The notes below the pieces were generated by a model. The model was not told the origin of the DNA. It saw only the letters and a program-made list of their open reading frames with translations, and ran no database searches. Positions 17,364 to 26,812 of a DNA stretch of 52,766 nt are shown here, one piece after another. Position numbers and translations under genes: made by a program. Every line of letters begins with the position of its first letter. Within the stretch, counting starts at the first letter, position 1. The DNA comes from Verrucomicrobiia bacterium (GTDB taxonomy: Bacteria > Patescibacteriota > Saccharimonadia > Saccharimonadales > JAGQNK01), in assembly GCA_035489575.1 (NCBI GenBank), contig DATHJY010000006.1:1-52766 (forward strand). The letters run 5' to 3'.

Positions 17364-17411
17364 ATGACTAGCCTACCAGCCGCACCTTGTCACGTCCATC
17401 GATATTTCAGT

Positions 17412-17455
17412 ATATTTCAGGGTCGAACCCTGTACAGGGTTCGACCCTGAAATAT
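17412..17455. repeat. REP-like perfect palindrome (21-bp arms) upstream of the Y1 transposase
   Basis: The sequence is atatttcagggtcgaaccctg-ta-cagggttcgaccctgaaatat. The core tttcagggttcgaccctgaaa recurs at 18090-18120. Confidence 0.8.
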
Positions 17456-17466
17456 CGGTGTATAAT

Positions 17467-18081
17467 ATGCTTATGCCAAGTAGGAACCGAGTGAAAGTAT
17501 ACGGCCCTCAGCACGTCTATCACGTATATAATAGGGGCAACAACAAAGAACTAGTCTTTCGAGTGTCAGAGGATTACGCGGTTTTCCTTAATATCTTAAA
17601 AAGATATCTCGGAGAAAAGCAAGAGAATGATTCGCTAGGGAGATTGTATAAGAACTTTAGTAGCGAGATTGAGCTAGTGGCCTTTTGCTTGATGCCAAAT
17701 CACTACCATTTACTCCTGTATCAAGAGACCGCAGATGGCATTACAAAACTAATGAAAAGTATTACTGCCTCTTACACGGGCTATTTCAATAAAAAATATG
17801 AACATGTGGGCCATGTTTTTCAGGGGACGTTCAAGGCTTCGCTGATTGATCAAGAGAGCTACTGGCAGCATATTTCACGCTATATTCACTTAAATCCCCG
17901 GCAGTGGCGAAACTGGAGGTGGTCAAGCTTGCCTTATTATCTTGGTGAAAAACAATCTGATTGGGTGAAGCCGGAGCGTTTGTTAGGGGTATTTGAGGGG
18001 CATGATTACTTGAGTTTTGTATCTGACCATGAAGACCACAAGGCTATGCTCGATGAATTAAAGACCATGTTGGCCAACTAG
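17467..18081 (+). CDS. IS200/RAYT-type Y1 (HUH) transposase-like protein
   Basis: The motifs HVYNRGNN, FCLMPNHYHLLL (HUH) and YIHLNP are typical of the Y1_Tnp / REP-associated tyrosine transposase family. Alternative starts lie at 17458 (GTG) and 17473. Confidence 0.75.
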   Translation: MLMPSRNRVKVYGPQHVYHVYNRGNNKELVFRVSEDYAVFLNILKRYLGEKQENDSLGRLYKNFSSEIELVAFCLMPNHYHLLLYQETADGITKLMKSITASYTGYFNKKYEHVGHVFQGTFKASLIDQESYWQHISRYIHLNPRQWRNWRWSSLPYYLGEKQSDWVKPERLLGVFEGHDYLSFVSDHEDHKAMLDELKTMLAN

Positions 18082-18089
18082 AGGTCGTT

Positions 18090-18120
18090 ACCTATTTCAG
18101 GGTTCGACCCTGAAATAGGT
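18090..18120. repeat. REP-like palindrome downstream of the Y1 transposase
   Basis: The sequence acctatttcagggttcgaccctgaaataggt is a perfect palindrome. It shares its core with 17412-17455. Confidence 0.8.
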
Positions 18121-18167
18121 AGGAGTCATGCTAAAATAAGGTAACAAATTACTGACTTGGAGGGACT

Positions 18168-18863
18168 ATGTCCAGCGACACAATTGTGGTGGAACTACAG
18201 AAACGTGAAGTTATTCGAAAAGGCCTAGCGGGTTTGCGGGCAGAAGGAAGCATACCAGCCGTTATACACAACCACGGCAAAGAGTCTATACATGTCATGG
18301 GCGATTTCCGGATGCTGACCAAGGCTTATAGCGCTGCGGGCAAACACCATCCCGTCGAATTAACGGTAGATGGCAAGAAGCACCTGGCACTTATTAAAGA
18401 CGTTGACTTTGACCCGGCTAGGCACCAAATGCGCCACGTGGTTTTTCAGGCCATTCGACAAAACGAAAAGACAACTGCCGACATACCGGTGGTATTGGCT
18501 GGCGACGAAATCCCGGCCGAGAGAAAGTCACTGCTAGTACTGACACAGTTAGACACGGTTCAGGTAGAGGCCTTGCCACGCGACTTGCCCGACGAGCTGA
18601 CAGTAGATGGCACCAAGCTACAAGAAGTTGGCGACCACCTGTACGTATCTGACATTACCGCACCAGCAGGCGTGACTATCTTGACCGACCCAGAAGCGTC
18701 TATAGCGGTAGTAGAAATGCCCAAGGACCAAGCTGCCGAGGCTGATGCTTCTGCTGCTTCTCTGGCTGACGATGCTGGCACTACGGGCACAGACGATGAT
18801 GCCGAGCAGACCGAGGAAGCTACCGAAGGCGACGAAAAGCCTGCCGAAAAAACAGAACAATAG
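18168..18863 (+). CDS. rplY: 50S ribosomal protein L25, Ctc form
   Basis: The L25/Ctc N-domain is present (LRAEGSIPAVIHNHGKESIHV...HPVELTVDGKKHLALIKDVDFDP). A long acidic C-terminal extension follows. Confidence 0.85.
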   Translation: MSSDTIVVELQKREVIRKGLAGLRAEGSIPAVIHNHGKESIHVMGDFRMLTKAYSAAGKHHPVELTVDGKKHLALIKDVDFDPARHQMRHVVFQAIRQNEKTTADIPVVLAGDEIPAERKSLLVLTQLDTVQVEALPRDLPDELTVDGTKLQEVGDHLYVSDITAPAGVTILTDPEASIAVVEMPKDQAAEADASAASLADDAGTTGTDDDAEQTEEATEGDEKPAEKTEQ

Positions 18864-18886
18864 CGCGTCCAATCGACCGCTCTCAG

Positions 18887-18921
18887 CAGAGAACTCTACT
18901 AGGGTTCTCTGTCTGTATTTT
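18887..18921 (+). terminator. Rho-independent terminator after rplY
   Basis: The stem is cagagaac (18887-18894) with gttctctg (18904-18911). It is followed by tctgtatttt. Confidence 0.5.
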
Positions 18922-18935
18922 GTACAATAGAAGCC

Positions 18936-20813
18936 ATGGAACAAAAAGACGGCGGCAAGACTTCGCCCCGCGATTCAGACATGATGCACTCGTACGAGGC
19001 GCCCAAGGCTGAAAAGTCGTCTGAAACATCAGGCGAAAAGAAAAAGAAGGCCAAGGTGGGGGCTTTTGAGGCCGCTAATGTATCTGAAAAAAAGACCACT
19101 GACAGCAAGCCAAAGGCTGAGAGCCTGGCTGACCTCATTCAGATAGAGCCGGTCAAGCAAGCACCTGAGGCCGGAGACAAAAAGCCGGCGGAGTTTCTGG
19201 ATACTACAAGCACGAAGGACTCTGAGGCCTCCGATACACCCGAAACAGATGTGGAATTGCCCGATAATCTAGGAGAATTGTCTGAGGGCGAAGAGCGGGA
19301 AGCTCTGCAGCAAATACTAGAAGGTGAAGGTGAGCAGTTAGAGCTAGAGCATGCCGATACGCCCGAGGATTCACCGGCCGAGGCCGAGCTGGTAGTCGCT
19401 GCTGCATTTGTCCAGGCCGCCCATGAAAAGATCCAGGCCGGTAAGGACCGCAAGACAGCACTGGCCGAAGCCAAAGAAGAGGTGATTCGTGATCTGGAGC
19501 TAGCGCCCGAAGCCGGCGAGCCCATCGCCGAAGCAGCAGACGTGGATGCTGCTGACCTGACAGCAGATGCTTTGGCAGAGCCGGACGAGCCTATTACCGC
19601 AGAGTCGACACTGCCATTTAATACCGACCTAGACCCCGCCGACATACTGGACGATGACGAAACTATTGACCCGCTGACAACTACCACTACCGCGCATAGC
19701 AGCGGTACATCTCCTCCCCCACCTCCATCATTTCCTGTGCATCCCGCCGCACATGCGGCTGGCAATGGCGGTCTGCCGCCCATAGGCATGGGTATGGCAG
19801 CTCCCAACGCGTTGCCATCGTCACCTACGCCAGGAGAAGCTGCGGCCCGCCGGTCAACCTTTGAGATACATCGGGCACGGCGCCGCCGCGCCGACCTACT
19901 AGTGGGTGGAATTATTGGCTATATGATAGGACGCCGCAGTGGCCGGATTAGGACAGAAGAAAAAATGCGTCCGGTTCAGCAGTCGCTAGAGAAAAAGGTC
20001 AAGCAGCTACAATACGAAGTAACCGAAGGCACCAAGACTGTGCGCAAGATGACCGCCGAGCGCATAGCCGCCCAAGGTGAGCCTGCCCAGCAACGAATCA
20101 TTAACGCTGTGGAAGCTAGGGTAGCTCAGCGGGCAACTATGGCAGAAAAGCTTACTTCTACCCCATCTGGCGAGCAGATGTTTGCGCGGCCGTCTGAAAC
20201 CATTACGCCATCTGAGGCGGCACCTACAGCAGTCGAAGCGCGGCAACGGCAGGAGCGACACGAACGCATATTACGAGGACCCGACATCTTGCCTGTCTTG
20301 GTCCCTGGCATAGCAGCCGAAGCTATTGGCCGGGCCGAAACTGCCAAGCCAGAAAGATTGCCTATGGCTGATGTCTTGCAAGTAGCCGCCAAGATAGAGA
20401 TTGCCGGTACCAACGCCAAGGTACTGTACGAACAGGGTCGGTTGGAAAAACAAGATCTGCAAGTTATTGCCCAAGAATATGTGCGTGGCAGCAACCGCTA
20501 CGAGCGGATCCTTATAGAAAAACTGCGGCCACCACGTACGGCCGAAAGCATGGAACGAATCACCAGCCAGGCTGGCGCCATGGACGACAATGGACTGACA
20601 GGCGGAGGCACAGCGCCAATCTTGACCCCACTGGGCGGCGTGGAGACCACAACTCCCCAGCCGGACCAACCGCTCGACATGGCAGCCGACAACCGTTTGG
20701 CGCAGGCCAGGCTAGAGGCAGAGAACCAGAAGCGTTCGGGTACCACCACGCTCTTGGTTGTAGCTGTGGTGGCCGTGGTTGTACTGGTTGGCCTAGGTAT
20801 ACTTATTTTATAA
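18936..20813 (+). CDS. Large acidic low-complexity protein with internal and C-terminal TM anchors
   Basis: The 625-aa ORF has a highly acidic Glu/Ala/Asp-rich N-terminal half and a Pro-rich segment. An internal hydrophobic helix (LLVGGIIGYMIG) and a C-terminal TM segment (LLVVAVVAVVVLVGLGILIL) are present. I recognise no family. Confidence 0.6.
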   Translation: MEQKDGGKTSPRDSDMMHSYEAPKAEKSSETSGEKKKKAKVGAFEAANVSEKKTTDSKPKAESLADLIQIEPVKQAPEAGDKKPAEFLDTTSTKDSEASDTPETDVELPDNLGELSEGEEREALQQILEGEGEQLELEHADTPEDSPAEAELVVAAAFVQAAHEKIQAGKDRKTALAEAKEEVIRDLELAPEAGEPIAEAADVDAADLTADALAEPDEPITAESTLPFNTDLDPADILDDDETIDPLTTTTTAHSSGTSPPPPPSFPVHPAAHAAGNGGLPPIGMGMAAPNALPSSPTPGEAAARRSTFEIHRARRRRADLLVGGIIGYMIGRRSGRIRTEEKMRPVQQSLEKKVKQLQYEVTEGTKTVRKMTAERIAAQGEPAQQRIINAVEARVAQRATMAEKLTSTPSGEQMFARPSETITPSEAAPTAVEARQRQERHERILRGPDILPVLVPGIAAEAIGRAETAKPERLPMADVLQVAAKIEIAGTNAKVLYEQGRLEKQDLQVIAQEYVRGSNRYERILIEKLRPPRTAESMERITSQAGAMDDNGLTGGGTAPILTPLGGVETTTPQPDQPLDMAADNRLAQARLEAENQKRSGTTTLLVVAVVAVVVLVGLGILIL

Positions 20814-20982
20814 GGGCTCGAACTCGGGATATGGAACTGTCATAAGTAGGTTAGAGAAAGCAGAAGCAAGTTATTTGAAGTGGTGTGGGTGGTGGTAGCC
20901 TGATGGCGAACAGTTCCGAATAGTGTCGGTTTGTTAGCGCCACCAGGACTACCCTCCTTGGTTGTCGATCCCTTCGCTGCCT

Positions 20983-21219
20983 TCAGCCGTCGTGTGTGTG
21001 GGGTGAGTCGGAGTAGATGATGGCACCACAGCTGCACTCGAAGGGGATCATGGCATCGGACCACGGCACGAACAGGTTGGCGTTTCCGCTCAGGTCATCG
21101 CCAGTGGCGTCGGCGATGGCGAAGAGCGTGTGATCGTTGGAGAGGCCGAGATCTGTCTCGAGATCTGCGACTTTGAGGAGCCGGTCCACTTTCCTGGACT
21201 GCGCTGAGCTGGTGGACAT
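20983..21219 (-). CDS. GC-rich small hypothetical protein (78 aa)
   Basis: The sequence is MSTSSAQSRKVDRLLKVADLETDLGLSNDHTLFAIADATGDDLSGNANLFVPWSDAMIPFECSCGAIIYSDSPHTHDG. It has its own promoter and lies within a GC-rich patch. Coding status rests on ORF length and codon bias only. Confidence 0.5.
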   Translation of the reverse strand: MSTSSAQSRKVDRLLKVADLETDLGLSNDHTLFAIADATGDDLSGNANLFVPWSDAMIPFECSCGAIIYSDSPHTHDG

Positions 21220-21312
21220 CTGTCCTAGCCTTTCGGTGCTGGTCGTGTGGCTTTCAGCTTGCTTCTGCTTTGAGGTGTCTCGAGGACAGTGTTGTCTCTA
21301 CAAAACCTTTAT

Positions 21313-21341
21313 ATATTAAAATAAAAAAACTTATTTGTCAA
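21313..21341 (-). promoter_or_regulatory. Sigma70-type promoter (TTGACA, 17-nt spacer, TAATAT) for the small GC-rich gene
   Basis: On the minus strand, TTGACA is the reverse complement of 21336-21341 and TAATAT is the reverse complement of 21313-21318, with a 17-nt spacer. The surrounding tract is very AT-rich. Confidence 0.55.
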
Positions 21342-21433
21342 TTACTCTGTTCGTAGACCTCACTCGAGCTGCAGCAAAACCAGTAAGGACATTGCCAGCG
21401 CACGAATAGACTGGTTGTAGTCTGTGGTATCGG

Positions 21434-23245
21434 CTAGCGGTAGCCTTCGGCTTGTTTACTGAATAGTTCGTGGTACAAGCCTTTCTTTTTCATGAGGGCC
21501 TGGTGTGATCCTTGCTCGACAATCTTGCCGTGGTCTATCACGATGATGCGGTTGGCTCGGCGTACGGTGCTAAACCGGTGGCTGACTATCAGGGCCGTTT
21601 TGTCCTGATAGTGGTCAAAGATGTTGTTGAAGATGTCGTATTCGGCCTTAGCGTCTATGGCGCTGGTTGGCTCGTCTAGAATGATCATGTCGGCATTGCG
21701 GTAAAAGGCTCGGGCCAGGGCGACGCGCTGCCATTGTCCACCGCTGGGCTCGACACCTTTTTTGAAGCTGCTGTCCAGCACCGTGTCCCAGCCGTGGGCG
21801 TAGCCCTTGACCATCTCGTCTACGTTGCCAAAAGCCGCCGCTTGCTCAAGCTGTTTGCGGTTGGCTTTCTGGGTAGAGCGGCCAATCTCGATGTTTTCGG
21901 CAATGCTCAGCGGGTAGTGGTTGAAGTCTTGGAATAATGTGGCCAGCTGGGCGTACCAGGTCTCTATGGCTACCTCTTGCAGGTCCTGTCCGTCCACCAA
22001 AATCTGTCCGCTGGTGGGCTGGTAAAAACGGAGCAGCAGCTTTATGAGCGTGCTCTTGCCGGCACCATTTTCGCCAACCAGGGCAACATGCTCGCCCGAT
22101 TTTATTTCTATATTCAGGTTCTCAAAGATTGGTTCGGTCTGGTCTGGATAAGTAAATGACACGTCTTTGAAAACGATTGAGGGTGTAGCGCCAGCGGGCA
22201 GGGCGATGGCGTTTGGTGGATCGACAATACGAGGCTGAGCATCTACCAGGCTAAAGTAGCTGTCGGCAAACAACAAGCCCTCTTGCATACGGGTGAGGGT
22301 GCCAAAAATGCTGTTCAGGGCGCCACCAATGCGCAGCAGGGCACCAGACAAAAAGAAATAGCGCTCTAAAGAAATAGCGTGACTCAGGAATTGTTTTAGC
22401 AGTATCACGGCACCGGTAGCTGTGCCTCCCGCCTCTAGGACTTTGGTCAGCATGAGGGAACGGCTAGCTTTGCGGTACTTGCCCTCTTGTTCTCTATAAA
22501 ACCCTTGGTTCATGGTATCTATCTTGTTCAGGACAAAACTGGAAGCTTGAGAAGTCCGCAGCTCCATCTGGCCCTTTGCCTGACGAATGATGTATTCCAG
22601 ACCCCAAAAGATATGCCGAAAATCGCCCTTGCTGTCCCAGACAAACCACTGCATCTTGGCCATCCGGCTCTCGCCAATAAGGCTGGGTATCAAGAATAGG
22701 GCAATGAGTGGTACTAGCCACCAGGTGATTTGGGATACCACCGCTGTGATAGCCAGAAAGCGGATGAGGCCATAGATCAGCTCCAGGCAGGCGTCGGACA
22801 GGTTGGGTAGTTGCCAAATGTAGGCGCCGCTAATTTTGTTGAGCTGATTGCGCGTACTGGTTTCGTAAAAGCTGCCCAGATCAAATTTGCTGACAGATTT
22901 CAAAAAACTATTGATAGACCACTGTACCAGCGAGAAATACAGCATGCGCTTGCAGTAGCCCATGATCCAAAACCCAATGCCAATGACCACCACGGCCGTG
23001 ATATCCACCCACAGCCACAGCCAAATATTTTGCGTCTGGCCGGTCGCTACGAACAAGGCCAGCAGCGAGCCGAGCTTGGCGGTGGCGTAGATAGAGGCGA
23101 TGGTGCCACCAACCTCGACCAACGCACCCACGAAGTAGCCTACTATAGACGCACGGCGGATGTTCCAGCAGATTCGCAGCATGCGCAGCCCGATGCTCAA
23201 ACGTCGCTTGAACGTGAGGTCTGTGTCGTCTGTTTTATTCTTCAT
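21434..23245 (-). CDS. ABC exporter, fused permease/ATPase half-transporter (4 of 4)
   Basis: It has a six-TM-type N-domain. The NBD carries Walker A GENGAGKST, signature SGGQWQRVALARA and Walker B IILDEPTSAID. Confidence 0.9.
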   Translation of the reverse strand: MKNKTDDTDLTFKRRLSIGLRMLRICWNIRRASIVGYFVGALVEVGGTIASIYATAKLGSLLALFVATGQTQNIWLWLWVDITAVVVIGIGFWIMGYCKRMLYFSLVQWSINSFLKSVSKFDLGSFYETSTRNQLNKISGAYIWQLPNLSDACLELIYGLIRFLAITAVVSQITWWLVPLIALFLIPSLIGESRMAKMQWFVWDSKGDFRHIFWGLEYIIRQAKGQMELRTSQASSFVLNKIDTMNQGFYREQEGKYRKASRSLMLTKVLEAGGTATGAVILLKQFLSHAISLERYFFLSGALLRIGGALNSIFGTLTRMQEGLLFADSYFSLVDAQPRIVDPPNAIALPAGATPSIVFKDVSFTYPDQTEPIFENLNIEIKSGEHVALVGENGAGKSTLIKLLLRFYQPTSGQILVDGQDLQEVAIETWYAQLATLFQDFNHYPLSIAENIEIGRSTQKANRKQLEQAAAFGNVDEMVKGYAHGWDTVLDSSFKKGVEPSGGQWQRVALARAFYRNADMIILDEPTSAIDAKAEYDIFNNIFDHYQDKTALIVSHRFSTVRRANRIIVIDHGKIVEQGSHQALMKKKGLYHELFSKQAEGYR

Positions 23246-23248
23246 ATA

Positions 23249-25012
23249 TTAATCCTCTAAAAACCCGCCGGACTGGTGAGCCCAAAGTTTGGCATAGGTG
23301 CCTTTCTGTTTTAGTAGTTCTTTATGCGTGCCTTCCTCTATGATAGCCCCCTCTTCCAGGACCACAATGCGGTCCATTCGCTGAATGGTGCTGAGCCGGT
23401 GGGCAATCACGATAGCGGTGCGGCCCTTCATGAGCTCCCAGAGGGCTGCCTGAATAAGCACTTCGCTCTCAGAATCAAGGGCACTGGTGGCTTCGTCCAG
23501 GACCAAGATGGGTGCGTCTTTTAGCATAGCCCGGGCAATAGCTACCCGCTGACGCTGTCCGCCGGATAGCTTTACGCCGCGCTCACCCACCGGCGTATCG
23601 TATTGTTTGGGAAGCTGGGTTATAAACTCGTCTGCATGGGCTAGTTTGGCGGCTTTTTCTATCTGCTTGGTGGTGGCATCGGGTTTGCCGTAGGCGATGT
23701 TTTCACTGAGTGAACGGTGAAACAGGAGGGGTTCTTGGGGTACGTAAGCAATGGCTTGGCGCAAGCTGGTCTGGGTGACATCGGCAATATTCTGGCCATC
23801 GATCACGATCTGGCCATCGTCTATGTCAGAGAATCGCAGCAGCAACTTGGTCAGGGTGGTTTTGCCTCCGCCACTGGCACCAACCAGGCCCACCTTTTGG
23901 CCTGGTTGGATCACTAGGCTCATGTGCTCAAACAGGGCATCTGAATTATCTGCATGGGTAAAAGTTACATCCTCGAAGACGATTTTGCCCCGCTTGGCCG
24001 CCAGCTTCTGGGCATTCTTTTTGTCAGTCACCTCTATAGGCTGGTTCAGTATCTCAGTCATTTCCGAAGCATCTGTCAGGTTTTGTTCGATGTTGCGCGT
24101 CAAACTACTCAGGCCCCACAAGACAGACATGATCTGTGTCATATAGACCTGCACTAGTACCAGGGTGCCTACTGTCACATGGCCATGTTGCACCAGGAAT
24201 AGGGAAAGTACCAGTACGGTAGCTTGGAGTAGTATCATCATGGAGCCAAAGGTGGCATCGTTCTTGACGGCTCGCATCCAATATATATACTTTTTTTGCG
24301 CCCGGTCGACGGCCAGCTCATTAAACATCTTTGACTCTGGCTCTTCTGTGGCAAATGACTTAATAGCACTGGCATTGCCAATACTGTCTGCTAAGTAGCC
24401 GGTCAATTTTGTCTCGGCCTTGGCGACGGCTTTTGAGAATCTGATACGCTTCTTAGTCAGCCAGTAATTAAGCGCCACAAAAGCAGCAGACCAGACTACC
24501 ATAACTGCTGCTAGCGGGAGCGAGTAAAAGGCAATGACCACGGCCGACAGCACGACCAATATAAACATCTGCGACACATTGACAACCAAGGCGTCAGTCA
24601 GCGCCACATAGGCGTTAGCAAATCTGTTGGTCTGCGTAACTAATGATCCACTAAAACTGTTGGCATGGAACCGCTGACTTTGGTAAATCAAGTAATTATA
24701 GGCTCGCCGGTACAGATGTGGCTGCACTTTGGTTTCCATCCGCGATAGCTGAAGCAGACCAAAATCCAGGCATATCTGAGCTGCAACGCCCAGTCCAACA
24801 AATAGGGCAATATCAGTCGCAAAGCTACTCATATCTAACTGTCCTTGCTCGCTCCGGATGATTCTGTCAAAGGCTCGGGCTACAACCAAGGGCATCAGAA
24901 GTTTTTGCATGAACATACCACCAGTCCACAGGCCTACTGTAGAGAAGAGCAGGTTTTTATAGCGCAGGTTTTCGCGCAGGTATAGTTTTAGGGTTTGGGC
25001 TCCAACAGACAT
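23249..25012 (-). CDS. ABC exporter, fused permease/ATPase half-transporter (3 of 4)
   Basis: The NBD carries Walker A GASGGGKTT, signature LSGGQRQRVAIARA and Walker B LVLDEATSALD. The architecture is MsbA/MdlB-like. Confidence 0.9.
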   Translation of the reverse strand: MSVGAQTLKLYLRENLRYKNLLFSTVGLWTGGMFMQKLLMPLVVARAFDRIIRSEQGQLDMSSFATDIALFVGLGVAAQICLDFGLLQLSRMETKVQPHLYRRAYNYLIYQSQRFHANSFSGSLVTQTNRFANAYVALTDALVVNVSQMFILVVLSAVVIAFYSLPLAAVMVVWSAAFVALNYWLTKKRIRFSKAVAKAETKLTGYLADSIGNASAIKSFATEEPESKMFNELAVDRAQKKYIYWMRAVKNDATFGSMMILLQATVLVLSLFLVQHGHVTVGTLVLVQVYMTQIMSVLWGLSSLTRNIEQNLTDASEMTEILNQPIEVTDKKNAQKLAAKRGKIVFEDVTFTHADNSDALFEHMSLVIQPGQKVGLVGASGGGKTTLTKLLLRFSDIDDGQIVIDGQNIADVTQTSLRQAIAYVPQEPLLFHRSLSENIAYGKPDATTKQIEKAAKLAHADEFITQLPKQYDTPVGERGVKLSGGQRQRVAIARAMLKDAPILVLDEATSALDSESEVLIQAALWELMKGRTAIVIAHRLSTIQRMDRIVVLEEGAIIEEGTHKELLKQKGTYAKLWAHQSGGFLED

Positions 25013-25021
25013 GATTTCTCC

Positions 25022-26809
25022 TTATTCCTCTATAAATCCACCGGATTGATGCGCCCACAATGTAGCATAGGTGCCTTTTTTGCGCAGCAGCTGGGTATGG
25101 CTGCCTTCCTCTATGATCCGGCCGTCTTCTAGCACTATAATGCGGTCCATTTTTTGGATAGTGCTCAGGCGGTGGGCGATGACAACGGTGGTCCGGCCCT
25201 TCATGAGCTCGCGCAAGGCGGCTTGGATCAAACGCTCTGACTCACTATCTAGGGCACTGGTGGCTTCGTCAAGCACCAGTATGGGTGCGTCTTTTAAGAT
25301 GGCTCGGGCAATGGCTATACGTTGTCGCTGTCCGCCAGACAGCTTGACGCCACGTTCGCCAACCAATGTTTCGTAACCTTTTGGCAGTTTTTTGATGAAC
25401 TCGTGCGCATGGGCTTTGCGGGCTGCCTCCACTATCTCTTGTTCGGTTGCTTGGGGGTTGCCATAGGCAATGTTTTCACGAATACCGCGGTGGAATAGCA
25501 GTGGTTCTTGCGGTACGTAGGCAATGTGTTTGCGCAGATCTGCCTGGGTAATGTCGGCAATATTCTGGCCATCTAACAATATCTGGCCTTTGTCGATGTC
25601 ATTAAAGCGCAGCAGCAATTTGGTCAGGCTGGTCTTGCCCGAGCCCGAATGTCCAACTAGGCCAATTTTTTCGCGTGATTTGATGGCTAGGTTCAGGTCT
25701 ACGAACAGCGGATCGTCCGTGTTTGAGCCATCGTGAGCAAAGCCCATGTGTTGGAATGTAATCGCACCTTTGCCAATGCGAGCCGGCTGGGACTCAGCGG
25801 AATCTTTGACGCTTGGCTCTGTCTGCAGGACTTCCATCATGGACTGAGCATCACCAAACCCACGGTTATAGTTGCGTAGGGCGGTGTTGCAGAATTCCCA
25901 CAGTCTGTCGCGTAGGGTGCTGCTATAGGCAAATACCAGGAACACGGTTGCTACCGGCGCGTTGTAAACCACGACACTGGCGACGGCAATGGTGATGGCG
26001 GCAGCGTTGAGCAGCGCATTGATAAGCGAGAAGCTTATCTGGGCCCGCATAGATGCGACCATGTATCTTATATGAGTATGCCGCCATTTTTCGGTGCCTT
26101 CCATATAACGCTGACCCTCTGCTTTTTGGGCGGCAAAGCTTTTGATGGCCATGACATTGGTTATGCTGTCGGCCAAGTTGCCCGTCTGGCGATTGCTGGC
26201 ATCGGCTTCTTGCCGGGCGCGTAGCCGTACTGACTTGGTGATATAGATGGCTGCAACCACAAAAAAGACGCTAAAAGCGTTCAGGAAGAATACAAACAGC
26301 CTGGCCTTGTTCCACAGAATGACGCTCATAAATATGACAGACCACAACAGACCACCCGTGTTGTATACGGTGGTGTCAGTGATGCGAGTGTAGGCACTGG
26401 CCAGCTTATTTGCTTGCGAAACTAGCGAGCCGCCAAAAGTGTCGGCATGAAAGGTAGCGCTCAGTTTCATGAGGTGGTCAAAGACCTCTTGGTGGATGTC
26501 TCTGACAACCTTGCCCTCGAGCATCCAGTTGCAATACATGTTAATGCGCCAAATAACCACGCCGCCCAGGGAGGCAACTGCTACTACCGTAAGTATGTCT
26601 GGCCCAAAACTGCCCCATAAGTCGCCCCGCACGAAATTACCACTCGCCAGTCTGTTCAGGATGTTGGCAATCATGAGCGCTGGCAAAAATTCATTGAAAA
26701 GCAACGCCAGTGGCACCGTGAGGTACATGCCCCAAAACAAGAACGGGTAGCGTCGGCCATGACGCCAAAAGTATTTGAGAATTGCAGTGTTGGTGGTCAT
26801 TGGGTTCAT
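25022..26809 (-). CDS. ABC exporter, fused permease/ATPase half-transporter (2 of 4)
   Basis: The NBD carries Walker A GHSGSGKTS, signature LSGGQRQRIAIARA and Walker B LVLDEATSALD. Confidence 0.9.
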   Translation of the reverse strand: MNPMTTNTAILKYFWRHGRRYPFLFWGMYLTVPLALLFNEFLPALMIANILNRLASGNFVRGDLWGSFGPDILTVVAVASLGGVVIWRINMYCNWMLEGKVVRDIHQEVFDHLMKLSATFHADTFGGSLVSQANKLASAYTRITDTTVYNTGGLLWSVIFMSVILWNKARLFVFFLNAFSVFFVVAAIYITKSVRLRARQEADASNRQTGNLADSITNVMAIKSFAAQKAEGQRYMEGTEKWRHTHIRYMVASMRAQISFSLINALLNAAAITIAVASVVVYNAPVATVFLVFAYSSTLRDRLWEFCNTALRNYNRGFGDAQSMMEVLQTEPSVKDSAESQPARIGKGAITFQHMGFAHDGSNTDDPLFVDLNLAIKSREKIGLVGHSGSGKTSLTKLLLRFNDIDKGQILLDGQNIADITQADLRKHIAYVPQEPLLFHRGIRENIAYGNPQATEQEIVEAARKAHAHEFIKKLPKGYETLVGERGVKLSGGQRQRIAIARAILKDAPILVLDEATSALDSESERLIQAALRELMKGRTTVVIAHRLSTIQKMDRIIVLEDGRIIEEGSHTQLLRKKGTYATLWAHQSGGFIEE

Positions 26810-26812
26810 GAT

